NCBI GenBank assembly: GCA_951406725.2
Contig: OX597825.1
Coordinates: 60,760,001 to 60,824,000 of the forward strand
Source: Octopus vulgaris
Lineage: Eukaryota
Direction: 5' to 3'
Length of the DNA stretch: 64,000 bases
The translations under genes were made by a program, and so were the position numbers. The notes beneath the pieces were generated by a model that saw only the letters and a list, made by a program, of their open reading frames with translations, ran no database searches and was not told the origin of the DNA. Every line of letters begins with the position of its first letter. Position 1 is the stretch's first letter. Shown here in pieces: positions 1 through 14,616 of this stretch.

Positions 1-622
1 TACAGTGGAATATGATACATAGTTCACTTCTGGTATCAGCTTATACCAAGGCGCACAGATGCAGTTCTAGGTGATACAAAACATAATAACTTTTAAAACT
101 TATGTGCATTAAGTAAGTTTTATCTGAATGTAAGCGGCAATCACGTGACGTTTTATCTGGAGTAGAGGAACACGTGAGCTATCCGAGAGATCAACGTTCT
201 AATAAATTTGTGCAAAATCAAATAATCACATGCTAAGAGAACAGAAGAATTGCCAAACTATCTCGCTCTGTTGCAATGTTTGTTAATTCTTTCATAATTA
301 TATTACGTAATATTTGTCATTAAAATAATCCATTCAATAGCGATGCTGTCAAATATTCTGCACTTCAATGTATTGTTATACGAACTAAAAGCTGAAAACG
401 TGAAGTATGTAAACGTGACGTTCAAAAACATGACAGGTCTTTGTATATAAGATAAAGAAGAGATTTTAAAGGAAATCCGCGAGTACCTATTAGGCCCACA
501 TTGATATGTATAGTAGTAGGTATGTATGCATGTATGCGTACGTGTGTGTATTTAAATATACATACACACACACACATATATAGATATAGATGTGTTATAT
601 GAATATGTATGCATGCATATGT

Positions 623-684
<62 letters not shown>

Positions 685-688
<4 letters not shown>

Positions 689-839
689 CTGTGTGTGTAA
701 GTAGCTTGCTTACCAGCCACATTGTGCCAGGTTTAAACCCAGTGCGTGGCACATTGAGCAAGTGTCTTCTACTATAGCTTTGGGCCGACCAAAGCCTTGT
801 GAGTGGATTTGGTAGATGGAAATTGAAAGAAGCCGGTCG

Positions 840-912
<73 letters not shown>

Positions 913-1111
913 TTGTGTGTCTGTGTTTGTCGTCCCCACCATCACTTGACAACTGATGTTGGTGTATTTACGTCTCCGTAACTTAGCAGTTTGGCAAAAG
1001 AGACTGATAGAATAAGTACTGGGCTTACAAATAATAAGTACTGGGGTTGATTTGTTCGACTAAAAGCGGTGCTATAGCATGGCCACAGTCAAATGACAAG
1101 CAAATAAAAGA
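685..1111 (+). mobile_element. tRNA-derived SINE, family A (CORE-like), with internal (TA)n(TG)n
   Basis: Aligns by eye along its length with copies at 13431 and 40221: head, 'ttgagcaagtgtcttctactatagc', internal microsatellite, tail 'agcatggccacagtcaaatgac...aaaag'. Confidence 0.9.
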
Positions 1112-1629
1112 ATATATGTATGTGTGTGTGTATATATATATATATTCATAACTACATACACACACTAGCATTTATATGTGGGTTTGTTCCGCTCTAGTAA
1201 TTATATTAACTTATGCACGCACATACGTACTCACACCCAAGTATATATGCATATATCTGAGTGTGTTTACGAAACACTTACTTTCTCAGTTAGAGCTATG
1301 ACGCATTGCGCCTGGGTAAATAGAATTGGTTACATTAAGTAGAACAAGCTCACATTACATGATTGGAAAAGAAAGTGAAAATTGGTTTGAACGTAGGTAT
1401 TAGGCTAATGTAGCTTTCCATCCAATCACAATTCTAAATTCTTGAAATATTGAAATATCCCTCAAAAAATACTTCGAACAATTTTTGGTTATGATGCCAT
1501 TCATATAGTTGTTGGTAATGTTGAAGTTCTCATCATTTACCCTAGAAATCTAGCAAATGCTCTACTCTAATGAAGCTGAAGTAAAAATGTAGGATTTTTA
1601 TGCATTCTATAGATATAGACGTTGATATG

Positions 1630-1900
1630 CAGGTGCAGTGTGGATGAAAGTTAGAAAATAAGTTTCACATGAAATCACGGTTTCGATTCCGCTGCAAGTC
1701 ATATTTGTCAAATGTCATTTTCTCTCCTCATTTCGTCGGATGGATAGTAACTGTAACTCAACAGTACAGCCATGTCACATCGTGCCACACTGATTGTGCC
1801 TAAGAATTATATTAATGAACCCGTGACTGTGGTATATTCAGTCACATGTACGTTAATTAAATAAGCTTCGTAGATTAGATGATCGAAAAATTGAATACAA
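1630..1900 (+). mobile_element. old, decayed tRNA-derived SINE
   Basis: B-box-like 'ggtttcgattcc' followed by a degenerate body; loosely similar to 42200-42510. Confidence 0.4.
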
Positions 1901-1935
1901 ATAAACGAAATTGCTGGCTATGTACCGATATTTGA

Positions 1936-2009
<74 letters not shown>

Positions 2010-2374
2010 TGTGTATTTCGTACCAGAATGTTCGACTCGAGTCAAATATAACAAACTACTTCAAATCCTTGTTGGATATTACAAGCGTAAGTGGAATTTG
2101 AAGTGTTAGATATCCTTTAATACGTACGTTTTAGCTCTGCATGATAAATAATAGTTCCATGATAAATAATAGTTGTATATGCAATGATTTCGTAAGACCT
2201 TCCTAAGTTATATTTCAAAATATGAAGAAGTTTCTAGAAATATTTCGATATATATGGTCATAGCAGTAAGTTAGGATGATTATGTATATAGAGGAGGACA
2301 AAGATAGGGATAGGGGAGAGAGAAAGATAAAAGAGAGAAAAGAAGAGCAGATATATAAAGTGAGGTATGAATAG

Positions 2375-2512
2375 TATTCTCTTCTACTCTAGGCACAAGG
2401 CCTGCATTTGGGGGGGGGCAGTGGATTAGATCGACCCCAGTACGTAACAGGTACTTAAATTGTCGACCACGAAAGGATAAAAGGTAATGTCAACCTCGCT
2501 GGAATTTGAAAC
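2375..2512 (-). mobile_element. SINE family C, 3' part (alternative tail)
   Basis: Shares the central domain 'tcgaccccagt.cgtaac.ggtactta...gtcaacctcg..ggaatttgaa' with the adjacent copy at 2520-2741. Confidence 0.8.
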
Positions 2513-2519
2513 GCGGTAA

Positions 2520-2741
2520 CGTTTCTTATTTCTTTACTGCCCACAAGCGGCTACACACAGAGGGGACAAACAAAGACAGACAAACGGATTAAGTCGATTA
2601 TATCGACCCCAGTGCGTAACTGGTACTTATTTAATCGACCCCAAAAGGATGAAAGGCAAAGTCAACCTCGGCGGAATTTGAACGTAGCGAAAGACTAGGC
2701 ATTCCGCCCGACGTGCTAACGTTTCTGCCAGCTCGCCACCT
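2520..2741 (-). mobile_element. SINE family C, near full length
   Basis: Reverse strand reads ggtggcgagctggcagaaacgttagc (A box)...gttcaaattcc (B box)...cctttcatcctttt ggggtcgattaaataagtaccag (central domain), tail agtaaagaaataagaaac. Confidence 0.88.
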
Positions 2742-3249
2742 TTATACTAACATATATTGAGTGTATAAGTCAACAAAGGAACTTTTACATGATCGTTCGT
2801 CTGGCTAGAAATAGCAGTCAAATTTCACCCATATAACATCCATCTGTTTTAAAAAAAAATGTAACTTTAGACAATGCTGTCTTAGATGTCAGAATATGAG
2901 TAAGTATGGATTGCTTGTCATAGCTGGAGAAGTTTTGTTCATATCTGGAAAGCTTTTGCTCATAACTCCATAAGACGAGGTCTGACGTGGAACATGAAAA
3001 TAGCAATAGCAACAAATATATATTTAAAAAATGATCATATTTCATTTATTTTACTTGATTCAATAAAATCTACGTTGATTTTCAGTATTTGTGATCCAAC
3101 TATTTGATCAAATGTATAATATTCACTTTGTATTATAATGTGGATGATACACTATTTCACCAAGACATGAAGACTGTACATAATCTTAAGACAAATTCAG
3201 CGTGATACCATATAAAATTACTCTAACCCTTTGTATTGGACGCGCAGTC

Positions 3250-3390
3250 CATACAACGGCTTCTGTGCATTTTCGATCTTATGATTTCCCCCACAAGTCC
3301 ATGGCTATAGAAGATACTTAACTAAACTGTTATGTGAGGGTTTGAATTCGTTTGTATTTCGATGAGAATATCTTACCCATACGGCCATAC
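3250..3390 (-). mobile_element. decayed SINE family A 5' half
   Basis: 'cacaagtcc..ggctatagaagatactt...cttacccatacggccat' matches the reverse complement of the family A head, with many substitutions. Confidence 0.5.
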
Positions 3391-4084
3391 TGTATATGTA
3401 GGTCAACATGATTAAGATATAATATCTTCAGTAGGTTGCGTTATTTTCATTTTTTTCCCATTTGATGTCCTCAGAAATCAAGTGATCTTGCTTTCTTTTT
3501 TGTTTTTCTTTAAATGCTTGAAAATTTATAAGAATTGATATTGTCTATAGTTTTGATTTATGGAATTTTAATTCTGCAACTCACAAAAATCCCATTATTC
3601 ACTTCTTTCCTTTAATCTTAGAATCCGTCAGATTCCTTAATACTTTGAGGTGTAATATACTGTTTAATAGTAATGTCCCTCCTCATTCTCAATTGAAATC
3701 TTTCCCAGGCTGAACTTGTTTTCCTTCTGCAAACTTTTATAAAAGAAGAACCGCCAAATTGTACGTATCGAATTAATCACCTGTAGTTATTCTTCAAATG
3801 GGAGGCCTTACGCTTCTCTTAAATGTTGAAATTCGTTGAAATTCAATTCGCTGCGTACATTGTGCTACCAAACAACAGTTTTCCATTGATTGCCTCAATT
3901 ATAATTTAATAATAGACAATTGTAATCCAAGAAACATAGTTTGGTTGTTCGAGATCTGTACAACGATGGATATTTGTAATAAATTATGCCGGTTTCACTT
4001 TCCATTTAATTTGTTTAACTGAGCCTTTTGTTTTGATATCGTTCAGAGCATTTTAAATAAATGTATTTTAAAATAATGTAAGAA

Positions 4085-4440
4085 TTATCTTTTACAGCTT
4101 CTACTCATTGGAAGGCGGCCCTAACGAGTCAGTTTAGTGGGGAAAATTGATCCGGGTTCTATCTTAAAAGTCTGGTACTTATTACATCGTTCTTTTGCCG
4201 AACCGCTAAGTTACTTGCACATAAAGAAACCAGCGCCAGTTATTGTCAAAACATGGAAAGAGTGAACATACAAATACAAGGACGTACACATATGCACAGT
4301 TATAAATATAAATATATACATATAAACATACATGTATATGCATGTATATGTGTGTATGCGTGGTTGTGTGTGTGCCGTGCAACTGAATTGAACACGAAAC
4401 ATTATGTTTGCAAAGTGAGCATCTTAGCCACACAAATATG
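4085..4440 (-). mobile_element. decayed SINE family A
   Basis: Contains 'cttttgccgaaccgctaagttac', diagnostic of the family A 3' half, and a degenerate head ending 'cttagccacaca'. Confidence 0.65.
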
Positions 4441-5521
4441 AATGTGCATATGGAATATTTATTTAACAGTGTAGGATGCAGTCTTCTCAGACGAGAATCG
4501 ATCCTATGTTCTGTTTTTTTTATTCTCACTTAAAGATATTTTCATTTGACGTTCGTCGGTAATAGTCACAGGAAATTAATTTCTTCTGCAGTTATCATTT
4601 CTCCAAGTGCGTTTCCTTGGATATTTGTGAATTGTACTAATCATCAAACCGCTATGAATAATATCTCTAATTTCGGAACCAAGTTATTTTCATTTATCAA
4701 ATATTACATCAGATAAATAAAATAATAATAACTCGAAATTCAATAGATATGTTGACCACGACCATAATTGTATATTGGGTAGGCTAAGATATAAGAAATC
4801 CCGGCGGAAATTCCCCGACTCGGTTTCGATGCATAGCTTCAAACATACATTTGTAGTACCTCGTTAAAACCATAGAAATAGCTATAAACGTGTCAACTTC
4901 CTCTTTCCTTCTCGTACAAAAGTAGCAGGATAAATGCCAATATATGAGATCATTATTAACTGAGACAATTGACTTATGCAGGCCAGGGTCGACTTTAATA
5001 TGGCATAACATAATATGGCTTCATCTAAAGGTAAAGTCTTTTATTCATGCTAGTATTATTTGTCTCGGAGCAAATGTCGGATAATTGACATAATTTGAAT
5101 TTAAGAGACTTGTTAAAGGAATTATAATGAATTTTATATTGATCTTATAGACTTCTCTGTGTATTAGCATTGGATTCTGGGTCTTCGACAATTCCAATGA
5201 ATGGGAAACAGTAAATAATTGAAATTTGTCCGCCAGCTAAATTCTCTAGAAAGTATGCGAAAACTAGTTTTGTTTAAATGGTCTTGGTAATTTGATGTTA
5301 TTCGATAAACCAACATAGGAAATAGATTTCTCTAGTGATTAGGGAAAATTCCAATACCTATCTCACAACTTCCCTTCATTTAGCTCAACAATGCTTTTCC
5401 GACTCGAGTCAATTAGGGCAACCGCTAACATACTTACAGTTGCATAGACCACACACACAGAGAGACACAAAGCTATAGACACGCACACACACAATGGCCA
5501 CCCCCCAAACACACACATGCC

Positions 5522-5589
<68 letters not shown>

Positions 5590-6233
5590 TAAAGACAGAA
5601 ATTGATTACGTCCAAGCAAATATGTCGGAAATCCGGAAGGAATCGGCTGGCAAAAAATAGCTAGTTAAGACAGATTTCTATGGCAAGATACTTGACAAGT
5701 TCTGTCCACCCCTTAAGGAAAGGTCCAATATTATCGCCGATTTATTATTTAGAAATGTCACTTAGAGATATATATTTGCCAGAGCTAATAATACAGACGT
5801 TCATTTGTAAAGAAACTTTTACAATAAATAGTTCACCTGACTTCAACGAACAAAGACTTCATTCAATTTGTTACTTTTTTAATTCCGTATTTTACAACAG
5901 TTCACACGCTCCCTTCTAGATAATTAACCTAAATTTTCTGCCACAAAAGAAGCACCCAAACCTCAATAAAATGAATAAAGCTATAAAATAACTGATTTTG
6001 TGATACTTTCAAAGACAGTCTGGCGGTTCCCCCAAATTATGTCGGCACGGAATTATAGCATAATAAGCATAGTGATGATTTATTTCCTGTACGAATGTAT
6101 TATTATCTTTGACAGTACTTAAAATATCTTCCCGGATCTCAACTATATCCTCGGGTTACAGTGTCTTGATGCGTTCATGGAAATTACTTTTCTATTGGAC
6201 GTGTGCCTGGTCTTCATTACATATAAGAGTGAT

Positions 6234-6235
<2 letters not shown>

Positions 6236-6329
<94 letters not shown>

Positions 6330-6550
6330 GAAGCAGGTACGTACGTACATACATACAACATACATACTAATTTACGTACATACATACGTACACACATACA
6401 CATATACACGCATACAAACATGCATGCATACATACATACATACATACATACATACATACATGCATACATACATACATACATACATACATACATACATACA
6501 TACATACATACATACATACTTACATACATACATACATACATTCATATATA
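6236..6550. repeat. compound microsatellite (TA)n + (TACA)n
   Basis: Directly visible; source of ORFs 6109, 6177 and 6326. Confidence 0.97.
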
Positions 6551-7134
6551 CATATTGATACTTACACTCTTTGTCTAGAAATTGCTGTCAGAGATTACAT
6601 TTTTCCTGAGGTAGTATATACCAATTCTTGAATTTATGTGATATAATCGGTCGAGTAAACCTAAGTAATTATTGTCATTTCTTTGCGTCAATGAAGATAC
6701 CTCCATGTGGTTACCTGATCTGGTGGAAATATGAAACAGATGTCAGTCACATCACGCAATACGGCTGCCGAAAACAATGTATACATTGAATAATATTCGA
6801 CTAAAATATTGATGTTGTCAACATTCGGATGTCATTGAACAAAGGACAACATGACCATGCCCGACATGGAATAAATAGCAATAGATGATATGTATTAGAA
6901 CTATATGGAAAGTTGAAAAATAAAGATGACACCATCGCCAAGCAAAATTAAATATTGAGAAGTTCAGATATTCGTACTGAGTTTCTGAATGTGCTTTCTC
7001 TTATCCATTTGTATTTTATAGGGACTATTCGTGTTATACTATATTTCTTCTGAACATTCGCCTCTCAGAGGTTGTCCCTTATAACTCTGTAGCAATTGCA
7101 TAATGGTTCTTGGCAGTGTTGGTCTGGGGTATCA

Positions 7135-7260
7135 GTTGAATTGTTGCCAATTCAATCCATCGTCGGTTGCATTGGCCGCTACCAAATTGGTCATCAGGCA
7201 ATTCGTTGTCAATTTAATTCGTTGTCAATTTTTAATTCATTGTCAATTTAATTCGTCAGT
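7135..7260. repeat. short ~16-18 bp tandem repeat (aattcgttgtcaattt), possibly DNA-transposon subterminal repeats
   Basis: Three near-identical units at 7200-7256 plus looser units upstream. Confidence 0.6.
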
Positions 7261-9194
7261 ATATTCCAAGGCAGAAATCCGCCGGGTCATTAATTGTCGC
7301 TTAAAGAAGGTGTCCATCTGGAGTTTAAGCGTACAGAGTTTTCTTTCTGTTGATATTAAATTGCGTGGGTAACGGTAATTGGGGGTAAGGTGTTGAAATA
7401 TAAACTAAAAGGTGAAGTATTGAGGTAAAAATCCAGTTCTTATTTTGCTATACATTCTTCCGTTATCTCCTCCATTTTCTTCACCGAACACATAAAAACA
7501 AAAAAAAAATACATAACATTTCAAGAAATAATACATACATATTAAAGAAAATATAATGAATAAATAACTATAATCAAATTGTATTTATTTCATATTATCT
7601 TTAAAATTATTAAGAATGCTAAAAAAAATTCAAAGCTGATAACAAAAATATTGGTGTTTATTGATATATTGATATTCGCTTATGCAGATAATCTCATATT
7701 ACGAGTAATGAAATCGTAATTGGCTATTACCTGTAAAGGATTTGTGTATATTACTGGACCTTTTCCTCTTGGATTCTCTCTCGGTAATCTTTTTGCAATT
7801 TGGTACCTGTTTCGGATTATTTTGATCAACAAGTACTTTATTTCTAATATAAATTCCTATTAGTACATGAGTTATTTTCATATTTTCACTTCTGTATCTC
7901 TGAAGCCATTTTTGTAATTTTTTTACGTTACATACTAGAAGAACAAGAAAAAGGAAACAGCCCTATATATATCAAGATTCATTCGCAGTAACCCTTCGGC
8001 ATAGAATGGGCTCTTTTAGTACAGAATTAATTTCTTTCAACTAGAAGTCAGTTTTGTATTGCGACAAATATAAAACACGTAATGTTCCGAATATAAAATT
8101 TGGTTCTACCTGATCGGATTTATATATGATTTGATTCTCATCAGAGACAGAATAACTTTTTTATCTGCGTATGGAGACATAGAGCTAATATTCAAATCGT
8201 TTCAATAGAAAGTGTGTGTGGTGAACCGATTAGCGTGACTTGTATAAATGGGAAATCATAGATTTCAAAGCGGTATGCTGGTGCAAGTTTTTTTAGTCCA
8301 CAGGGGGGGACGATATATTGAAAATAAAACAAACAACCGGAACATAAACCTTTCAACACAACATATTCAACTTCAACAAACAGGACTAACATTTGAGATA
8401 ACACAAAACCTCAAAACTAGGCTTTTGATTGAAATACGAGACAAGATTTTACACTTTTGTAGAAAGTTATTCATATCAGGAAGAGTATAAATCAGCTGTA
8501 GGGAACAAAACTAATTACAATCTATATACATTTCCTACAGCTGTTTCAATAATCCTTACGCATGACAATTAAATAATAATAAAAGGAGAATTTTTTATAG
8601 ATGATATTTAAGGACCAAATCAGAATTTTATAAATGTTTGTGTGTGAGTGTGTATGTGTGTGAGTCTCTGTGTGTGTGTGTGTGTGTGTGTAAACATAAG
8701 AATAATAAAAATCAGTATTCCTTTTACATCGCAGTTATTTCTAACATAAATTATTGTCATCCAATACTTTTAAAATTCGATTCAAAATCAGATTAGAATG
8801 ATCAAATTATTTCAAAATACAATATTACATATTGCAAAATGTATCATATCCAAAATACATAATTAAAATTAAGTCATTTCAAGTCTACGTATTCGAAAGT
8901 AGATTTCTACATTCAAATCATTTCAACATATATTATTAAAGATTCCAAAGTATACAATTTCAAAACTACATAATTAGAAATTCCATTGGGCAGAATTACA
9001 AACCAGTTTCACTTCATAAATGAGATAGTCTTTGCATTGTGCGTAATGGCTTGTTACTAGCCATTGTTGTCTTTACCCTTGTTATAGGCTCGCAAGTTAA
9101 TGGATGGAGCGTTATTAGGATTTCATTTAGTAGGGATGTAAACATTTGCACTTCAACTATTCAAAACAATACGGAAAAATATATTTTATAAATA

Positions 9195-9995
9195 TATTCT
9201 TGGTTTTCCCGGCAATCCTTCTCCCTTAAAATGGTTGGAATCTGCTACTAATTTTGAGATAGATCTACAGGGTGTTAAGAAACGGGGTAAGAATTGGTTA
9301 GTAACTTTCAATCGTGGCAAGACCAAACTCATATCTTTCAGTAAGAAGCATGGTATCTATCTTCTCATTTGAATGAGTCATATATCTGAGTTGTCATATG
9401 GTTAGAAACTCAAACTACTTGATTTGAGGTCCTCTCTGAAGTTTCTGGGTCTTTCTCACCTGATCTTTCTTGGCGTTCTTACATACTGTCAATTGGCATG
9501 TCTGCTTCCTGTAAGGTTACAACATTGTATAGGTCAATGGATTACCTCACATTCGAGGCTATTTTATATTTTTACTAGTCGACAATTCGTCCTTGTATGA
9601 AATGCTGTGGTCCCTTTTTTGCCTTAAATTTTGCAACCCTTGTCACACCGATGTGACGTCGCCAATCTTAGTTTTTTTCTATCGTTATTACCACCGGAAT
9701 TGCTCTGATAAACTTTCTCTCTTCCAAATCACTTTCTCCCATCTCGTCTGATTCGATGTTCACAGCGTCGTTATCCAAATGCTGTTATGCTTCCATCAAT
9801 AAAGAAGTATTTCTACGGTTCTAGATTTCTTCATCAAATTGCCAGACTCTCTTCCATCCCGTTGTTTTCCCCTTTTTATGACCTGAATACTTTCAAGTCT
9901 AAAGTAAATTCATCCCTCTCATCTTAATTTCTCGTTTATAGTTCCTTAACCTAAGTGGCTTCTCGTCTTGCGTGGGTCTGATTTTCGATCAAAAG
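9195..9995 (+). mobile_element. 5'-truncated decayed LINE (CR1/L2-like) reverse transcriptase C-terminus + 3' UTR
   Basis: Manual translation across frameshifts: LESATNFEIDLQGVKKRGKNWLVTFNRGKTKLISF; SPDLSWRSYILSIGMSASCKVTTLYRS..AILYFY*STIRPCM; LQPLSHRCDVANLSFFYRYYHRNCS; YDLNTFKSKVN. These are typical CR1/L2-group ORF2 motifs. Confidence 0.88.
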
Positions 9996-10019
9996 TCTTA
10001 TTGATAAACGAATTCGAAA

Positions 10020-10850
10020 TTATCGTCTTGGTTTATATTTTCTAATGAAAAAAAATCTTTTTTAATCAATTCTTTATTGTTCTGTCACATTTCCTGCATA
10101 TCGATGAAATGGGAAAAATATTAAACTTGGTGACTGAGTCGAAAATTTCTAGAGTTCATTTTACGTACTTATTGTTATCGGTAAATCGATATGTATTTTT
10201 AATTGATATACTTGTTTGGCCCAAATAATGCTCGTCTTATCCATACCATGAAATAGCTTATAGAAATGTGAAGTTATTTTGTATTGAAAAACTTTGCGCC
10301 ATTTTTAAGCGAAAATGAGAGCATTATGATTTATTAATATATATTCCACGATCCGATCTTCTGCAAATTTTAACAGTCGCGTTTTGTATAAAGTTGGTTG
10401 GTAATTGGACAGTTGTTAAATATTTCTTTAATGAATATGGTCGTTTTTTGCTTTCAATGTATTTTTTTCGTAAGATTATTTAGGGTCACGTTTAAAGAGT
10501 AGTAAATTTTGATTAAATATATGAAAGGCTTTTATATTGTTAGGGGTTGAAAAATATGATAAAACAAGTGTTCCTTTTTCTGCTTGAACAGTTAGTAAAT
10601 CCCTGTTATCAATTACCACAGCTCGTTTTATGACCTTGTTAGTTAATGATAGTTGATTACAGCTTCTAATCAGAATAACGTTTTGTTGTCTTAGACTTTC
10701 CTTTCGGTATCTTGGATTTCATACGTTGGTTCATATTCTTTTATATTGCACAGGATATTGACTTGCGTGTGTTTTGGGTAGCATGAATTAACAGAATTGA
10801 AAGTATTGCCTCATGTTTCCGTGGTTTCCGTATTTCTGTCTCAATTTTCC
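10020..10850 (-). mobile_element. decayed Penelope-like element (Neptune-like): RT thumb, linker and GIY-YIG remnant
   Basis: Fragmentary minus-strand translation: RQYFQF / NSCYPKHTQVNI / FNQNLLLFKRDPK / SLKKYLTTVQLPT / VKICRRSDRG / HYLGQTS / FNIFPFHR / FFIRKYKP, in the order expected for a PLE ORF C-terminus; similar to 60200-60473. Confidence 0.75.
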
Positions 10851-11645
10851 ATATATTTTATCTAAAGGTATCCCTTTACTAAATTTACTTCGTTGACGCT
10901 AACATATTTCCAATTAGGGTTCCTTGTTATTTTTGTGTGTGTGTGTGTGTGTGTGTGTCCGTGTATGTGCATGTGTGATTTGGTCAAAATTAATATTATG
11001 AATTGAAGCCCGTCAATAAATATCTGGTAACAAACGAGAACATTTATTAGCTCAGAGATGATTTGCATCTATTCAATCTTCACGCGGTATGTTTGAATAC
11101 AGGTTAACCACATGAAGAGATATTATTATGGTTTCTTCATTCGCTATAAATACAAGGTGATTTAACATACCCAAGTCGTCTCTTATGCAGTTTCAAATAT
11201 AGTTTTACATACATACATGTACACATACATACATGTACACATACATACATATATTTATATATGTATTTATAAATTTATATATACACATATTTTGTGTGTG
11301 TGTGTCGTGTACGCTTTTAGTCGTGCACATATGTCACTAGAAATGCAATCAATGTATGTTTAAAGTTAAATTAGCTATCTTAGAAAAGATTTTCCAGACA
11401 TTGGTCCGTAAGATCTGAGTGATTATGAAAAGGAGTTATTAGAATAGGAACCTGTGAAGGCAATCATCCTTTATTTATTGAGACAAGAATTTGTTATGAA
11501 TCGACTATATCATGAGTTTACTGTGTACATTGTTATAAAGTACATTTCATATATTAAAACGATACAGCATCCTATGTAATAATAATAATAACATCAACAA
11601 CAAACAACAACAACAACAACAACAACAATGATAATAATAATAATG

Positions 11646-11690
<45 letters not shown>

Positions 11691-11691
<1 letters not shown>

Positions 11692-12029
11692 GTGGGGGAG
11701 CATCATAGCCATGTGTTGAGAGGGATTCTTTGGGGTTTGAATAATTCACCTCTGGAAACATGGGTGTTTCGTTCAACGTCCTTAAACAACCCTTATTCAG
11801 GGACCTTTTGAGCGGGATGGGTTACTCGATCTGAAGAAAATTCTAACTGGGCTCTACCTGCAAGGTCATGTGCTGTTTATCTTGATATGAGATCACCATG
11901 TCGCGCACATATGGTTGTGATGCATGTGCCTGGTGTACCCTTATCAGACGGGTAGTCATGATGGGTATACTGGGCTTCGTATATTTTACCCCAGTGTCAC
12001 TTTGATGGCATGCACTGCTCTCTCACTCA
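11691..12029 (+). mobile_element. 3' end of a non-LTR retrotransposon inserted in (TAA)n, probably Dong/R4 clade
   Basis: Complex, higher-GC 340-bp block ending 'ctctctcactc' and flanked on both sides by long (AAT)n tracts. Dong-type elements are known to target TAA repeats; the clade call is inference. Confidence 0.6.
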
Positions 12030-12056
12030 ATAATAATAATAATAATAATGAAGATG

Positions 12057-12127
<71 letters not shown>

Positions 12128-12499
12128 TAATGATAATAATAATATATAGGATATGTTAAAGCTCTACGCCATATAAATTTAAAATATTAGTCAATTAACA
12201 GTTGTTCCGACGAGGAAAATGCAAATATATATTTCGCTTACTTTATTCTATTTATCTATCTTTTTTTTTTTTTCGTTTGGTCCCTTATACTCTATAAACG
12301 TTTGGAAAAATATATACTTCGCTTCATCTCTCATTAAATTTATGATAAGCCAAAAGCTAGAGACTAGAGAAAGCATGCCCAGAAATGTTCTTCCACCTAC
12401 CGATAACTGGATGAAATATTAAGCGTGATATCTGAAGCAATATATATAGGTATTTATTTTAATATCTGGGTATAGGCTGTGCTACAGCTTCGCATATTT

Positions 12500-13370
12500 C
12501 AATGTAGGAATGTACATGTATAGCTCTAGTATGATAGTATCATTGCTGTGTCAACGTCTCTTTGGGAGTCATTTTATACACTGAAAAGTTGCAGTAATAT
12601 ATCTATTATTTATGTGAGTTTACATTTATTGGACACTAATATGTATGTATTTATGTGTAAATGTGTGTGTATGAAATGATTAAATGTAGATATGTATTTA
12701 TACATCGGTTGATCATGTTAGGTGCACCCACGATAGTCGAAAGACATAATCATTATAACCAGATAATGTATAACAATACATACATCTGTTTTGTGTAATA
12801 AATTTCGACGTTTTTTGAACTGTTTCATGTTTTATAATCTAGATTATGTCGCTGCTGTAAAGTATTTTGTTTACCATAAAATATTTATTGAAAAATATTG
12901 AATTTTTTAGAGAAAGTTTAGGCAACCTGGAAAGTGTTTTATCGAATTTTTGCGTGTCTAATTTCCTCTTTAATACTCCTGGGGCTGTGTTACTTTCTAC
13001 AAAAAAATTGTGTACACAGTCGATTTCCATGTGTGCTATGAATTCTTAACCAGGAATAAAGTATAGGACGACTATGTTTCAATTTGATCTCCTTCAGGAT
13101 GCAGACTATTTACGTTATTCCTCACGGAAAGTCCGTGTATGACAAATATTTAGCTATAATACAAACATAGGTCTTTCTTGTTTTTTCTAAAGAACAGTTG
13201 ATTGGTTTATATGTGTGCTCAACTAGAAAAAAAAGACCCTTATGATTGATATGTTCTAGTAACAGTTAATTCAATACATGTTTTGGAAACATATTTTCAG
13301 TTCTTAAACCTGGTTTATTGTTTTATCGCCTAGACTCAGTTGTAGTTCTACAGTATCTTATTTATCCGTA
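12500..13370 (-). mobile_element. possible highly decayed Penelope-like remnant
   Basis: ORF 12839-13030 'KFDKTLSRLPKLSLKNSIFFNKYFMVNKILYSS' weakly resembles the PLE linker; weak evidence only. Confidence 0.25.
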
Positions 13371-13430
13371 AATTCTTTACTGAGTACTTTTGTGTTAGCT
13401 CAGCATAAGTTTAAACAATTTGAATAATAG

Positions 13431-13925
<495 letters not shown>

Positions 13926-14014
13926 TACTATAATGGACACTTACCTGTTTCATTTAATCTTTCTATCATTCTATCAATCTATCAAAATTTACAACTTTGT
14001 ATAAATATAGATAG

Positions 14015-14120
14015 ACAAAGGCGGGTGAAAGGCACAGTTGACCACGGCGGAATTTGATGTAATGAGTTCGAAGACATTCCGATGGGCATTTTGTCTGAAG
14101 CTTTGAGAAACTGCCATCAG
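14015..14120 (-). mobile_element. decayed SINE family C fragment
   Basis: 'tgaaaggcacagttgaccacggcggaatttga' matches 2650-2680. Confidence 0.6.
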
Positions 14121-14158
14121 GCAAACTATATACACTAAGTTTTATATGTTATATCCTA

Positions 14159-14404
14159 TACTCTTTTTGCTCTTTTACTCTTTTACTTGTTTCAGTCATG
14201 TGACTGTGGCCATGCTGGAGCACCGCCTTTAGTAGAGCAAATCGACCCCAGGACTTATTCTTTGTAAGCCTAGTAATTATTCTATCGGTGTCTTTTGCCG
14301 AACCGCTAGATTATGGGGACGCAAACATTCCAGCATCGGTTGTCAAGCGATGTTGGGGAGACAAACACAGACACACAAACATATACACACACATACACGC
14401 ACAC

Positions 14405-14445
<41 letters not shown>

Positions 14446-14616
14446 TATATACGACGGGCTTCTTTCAGTTTCCGTCTACCAAATCCACTCACAAGGCTTT
14501 GGTCGGCCCGAGGCTAGAGTAGAAGACACTTGCACAAGGTGCCACGCAGTGGGACTGAACCCGGAACACTATGGTTCGTAAGCAGGCTACTTGCCACACA
14601 GCCACTCCTACGCCTA
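14159..14616 (-). mobile_element. full-length SINE family A
   Basis: Reverse complement of 13431-13925 along its whole length. Confidence 0.95.

Noticed and set aside
8750-9000. Loose periodic 'ttcaaaatac'-like motif
   Set aside because: No consistent unit length; compatible with AT-rich low complexity.
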